A stretch of DNA of 64,000 nt from Blasia pusilla (Eukaryota), in contig CM114271.1 in NCBI GenBank assembly GCA_050084515.1, forward strand, positions 27,094,001-27,158,000, written 5' to 3'. Numbering within the stretch: the first letter of the stretch is position 1; each line of letters begins with the position of its first letter. Below are positions 62,401 to 64,000 of this stretch, piece after piece. Both the position numbers and the translations under genes were made by a program. The notes beneath the pieces were generated by a model. That model did not search any database and had not been told where the DNA came from. It was given only the letters and a program-made list of their open reading frames with translations.

Positions 62401-64000
62401 GGCCACTCGACGGACCTGTGGTTGACATTTTGAAGACATAGGCCCTGGATCCCTCGCCTCCTTGGCCCATGAACTACCATCTCTGAATGAATGGAAATCT
62501 GGAGTTGGCCTTGATTCTGGTGATGGCATCCATTTCGGCCGTCTTTCCATCCAGAACTCGTATTTGACGTAGCAAATTCCGGAAGCATTCAGGATCAGCG
62601 AGAAATGCGAGATTTTCCCAGAGTTGTTTCTCCTCAACCGCCGTGATCTCGCCCTGTCCAAGGATTCCAAGCAATTGTTCACAAATTTGTGATGCCGTTG
62701 TGAGCTTGATCACTCCGGGCTTTGAACCCGAAGAGTTTCTGTAGACCTCGGCTACTTTCTTCGCCACATCCTCCTTGATGTGTCTTTGAATTGCATCGGT
62801 CACAGGATGAGTGTGGGAGCCAACATGGACTGCCAGCCTTGTATACTCTGACTTGGAGCCCAAGTCGTGGACAATGAAAAATATGTATGCAGGACACGCT
62901 CCAACACAGAAGGGCGATGCCTGACAATGAGGACATTGATGGCCTCCCGTCGGTATGGTGGCATCGACCTCATATGGAGTTTCTGCATTCTTGGGAGGGA
63001 ATTGTGACGTATTGACTCGCCCGTTGCGCTCTAGATACGGGCATGCTGGACTTCTACACTCCAAGGCTCCCACGCATTGGCGGCGGGAGACAATCCAAGG
63101 ACCATCTGGAATTGAAGACCTTTGGTCCGTTGAAGCTGCACCATCGATGACAATCAGACTTTCTATCCATACCCTTCAAGCGTCCTCCATCCTTCTTTTG
63201 AGCAGGAGCAGCAAGTGGAGGCAACTCAAAAATGCAATTACCATCGTACGTGGGCGGAAGCTCGTCGACAAGAATGTGCTTGAACATTTTCAAGGCCAGA
63301 GACATAAGCAAACTATTGCCGGACACTCGCAAGAGGAACGAGTAGGCGGACAGAGGGCCCGATTGGTGTCCGATAGATCCACTGAGGTTGATAACATCCG
63401 GAATCTCTTGAGGAAGAACAACATTGTTACAAGCGTGCGAAGTTGGAGTCGAAGCCGGATCTGCAGAGCTTGGAGTTGCAAACGTAGAGCTCGGAGCACT
63501 AGGAAATTCTAGATCGTCTACTTGGGAAACAGACGAATTCAGGGGCAGGCCGTAAACTCTGTATTGACCATTTGGTAGAGGTAGGAGATTCCATACTTTA
63601 CGGTCAGAGGTCACTGGCTGGACCGTCTTACCTATTATGTCTTCAGACTGCGTCCACCTAACATCTTTGGATACAAAGATGGTTCCAATTGGAAAAGAAA
63701 TCGAGCAGATGAAAATTTTCATCCACTGCTATGAAAGACTCACGAGCTTGGGGTCGAATGATTTTTGATTGAGGAAAGGCCGCCAGATGACTGCCACAAG
63801 TGAGCTTAACATAATTATCCATTCCAAGAAGATTCCAACGGGAGGAGACTGAGAATGAGAATGAGAATGAGAATATTTAATTTATAGTGAATAGGGAACA
63901 GATACTCCTGACAGATTTTTACTGACAAGATGAATTCGGTGGGTGACATTGTCTGACACAATCGATCCAATTCTGTAACACATTCAATTCTGTTGCAATA
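59424..64000 (-). mobile_element. Mutator-like (MULE) DNA transposon inserted in G1 copy d; probably extends past the window end
   Basis: G1 homology stops abruptly after AGCGTTGCGAG (59423), where copy c continues CACCG. The transposase pseudogene follows. The second terminus is not visible. Confidence 0.75.
59832..63722 (-). pseudogene. MULE-type DDE transposase with N-terminal Zn-binding domain and C-terminal SWIM finger; intron 61338-61810
   Basis: N-terminal C..C/CP..C/H.G.HTHP motifs. Catalytic-like WVSFDICY, GFMADNA, DVFHW and NTSGAESVH. SWIM TCSC...PCKHMYYV. A phase-0 GTGAGT...TTGCAG intron joins WGNFMRQ to GLNVHE. Two in-frame stops (~62474, ~62210) and one frame break near 63060. 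Confidence 0.8.

Overview
Repeat-rich eukaryotic DNA, most likely from a plant; a non-seed lineage is plausible but cannot be established from the window. The only clear host gene is an ATG8 with an intron-less CDS (11376-11765, minus). The rest is a nest of transposons. (1) A Ty1/copia 3' remnant. (2) Four copies or fragments of one Ty3/gypsy family, here called G1, plus a related mini-element. G1 carries a DNMT3-like C5 cytosine methyltransferase between protease and RT, and a PHD finger at the integrase C-terminus. It also has split terminal repeats (B - body - A-B-A) instead of two ordinary LTRs. (3) A 25.2-kb CACTA element (25401-50637, ATC TSD) inserted in the gag of one G1 copy. It contains a decayed polyQ ORF, a deleted G1 copy, two LINEs bounded by (AG)n tracts, and an Athila/Tat-like gypsy whose LTRs contain a piece of its own integrase. 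(4) A Mutator-like DDE/SWIM transposase element inserted into another G1 copy. All TE ORFs are pseudogenised. Domain calls come from motif recognition by eye; no searches were run.
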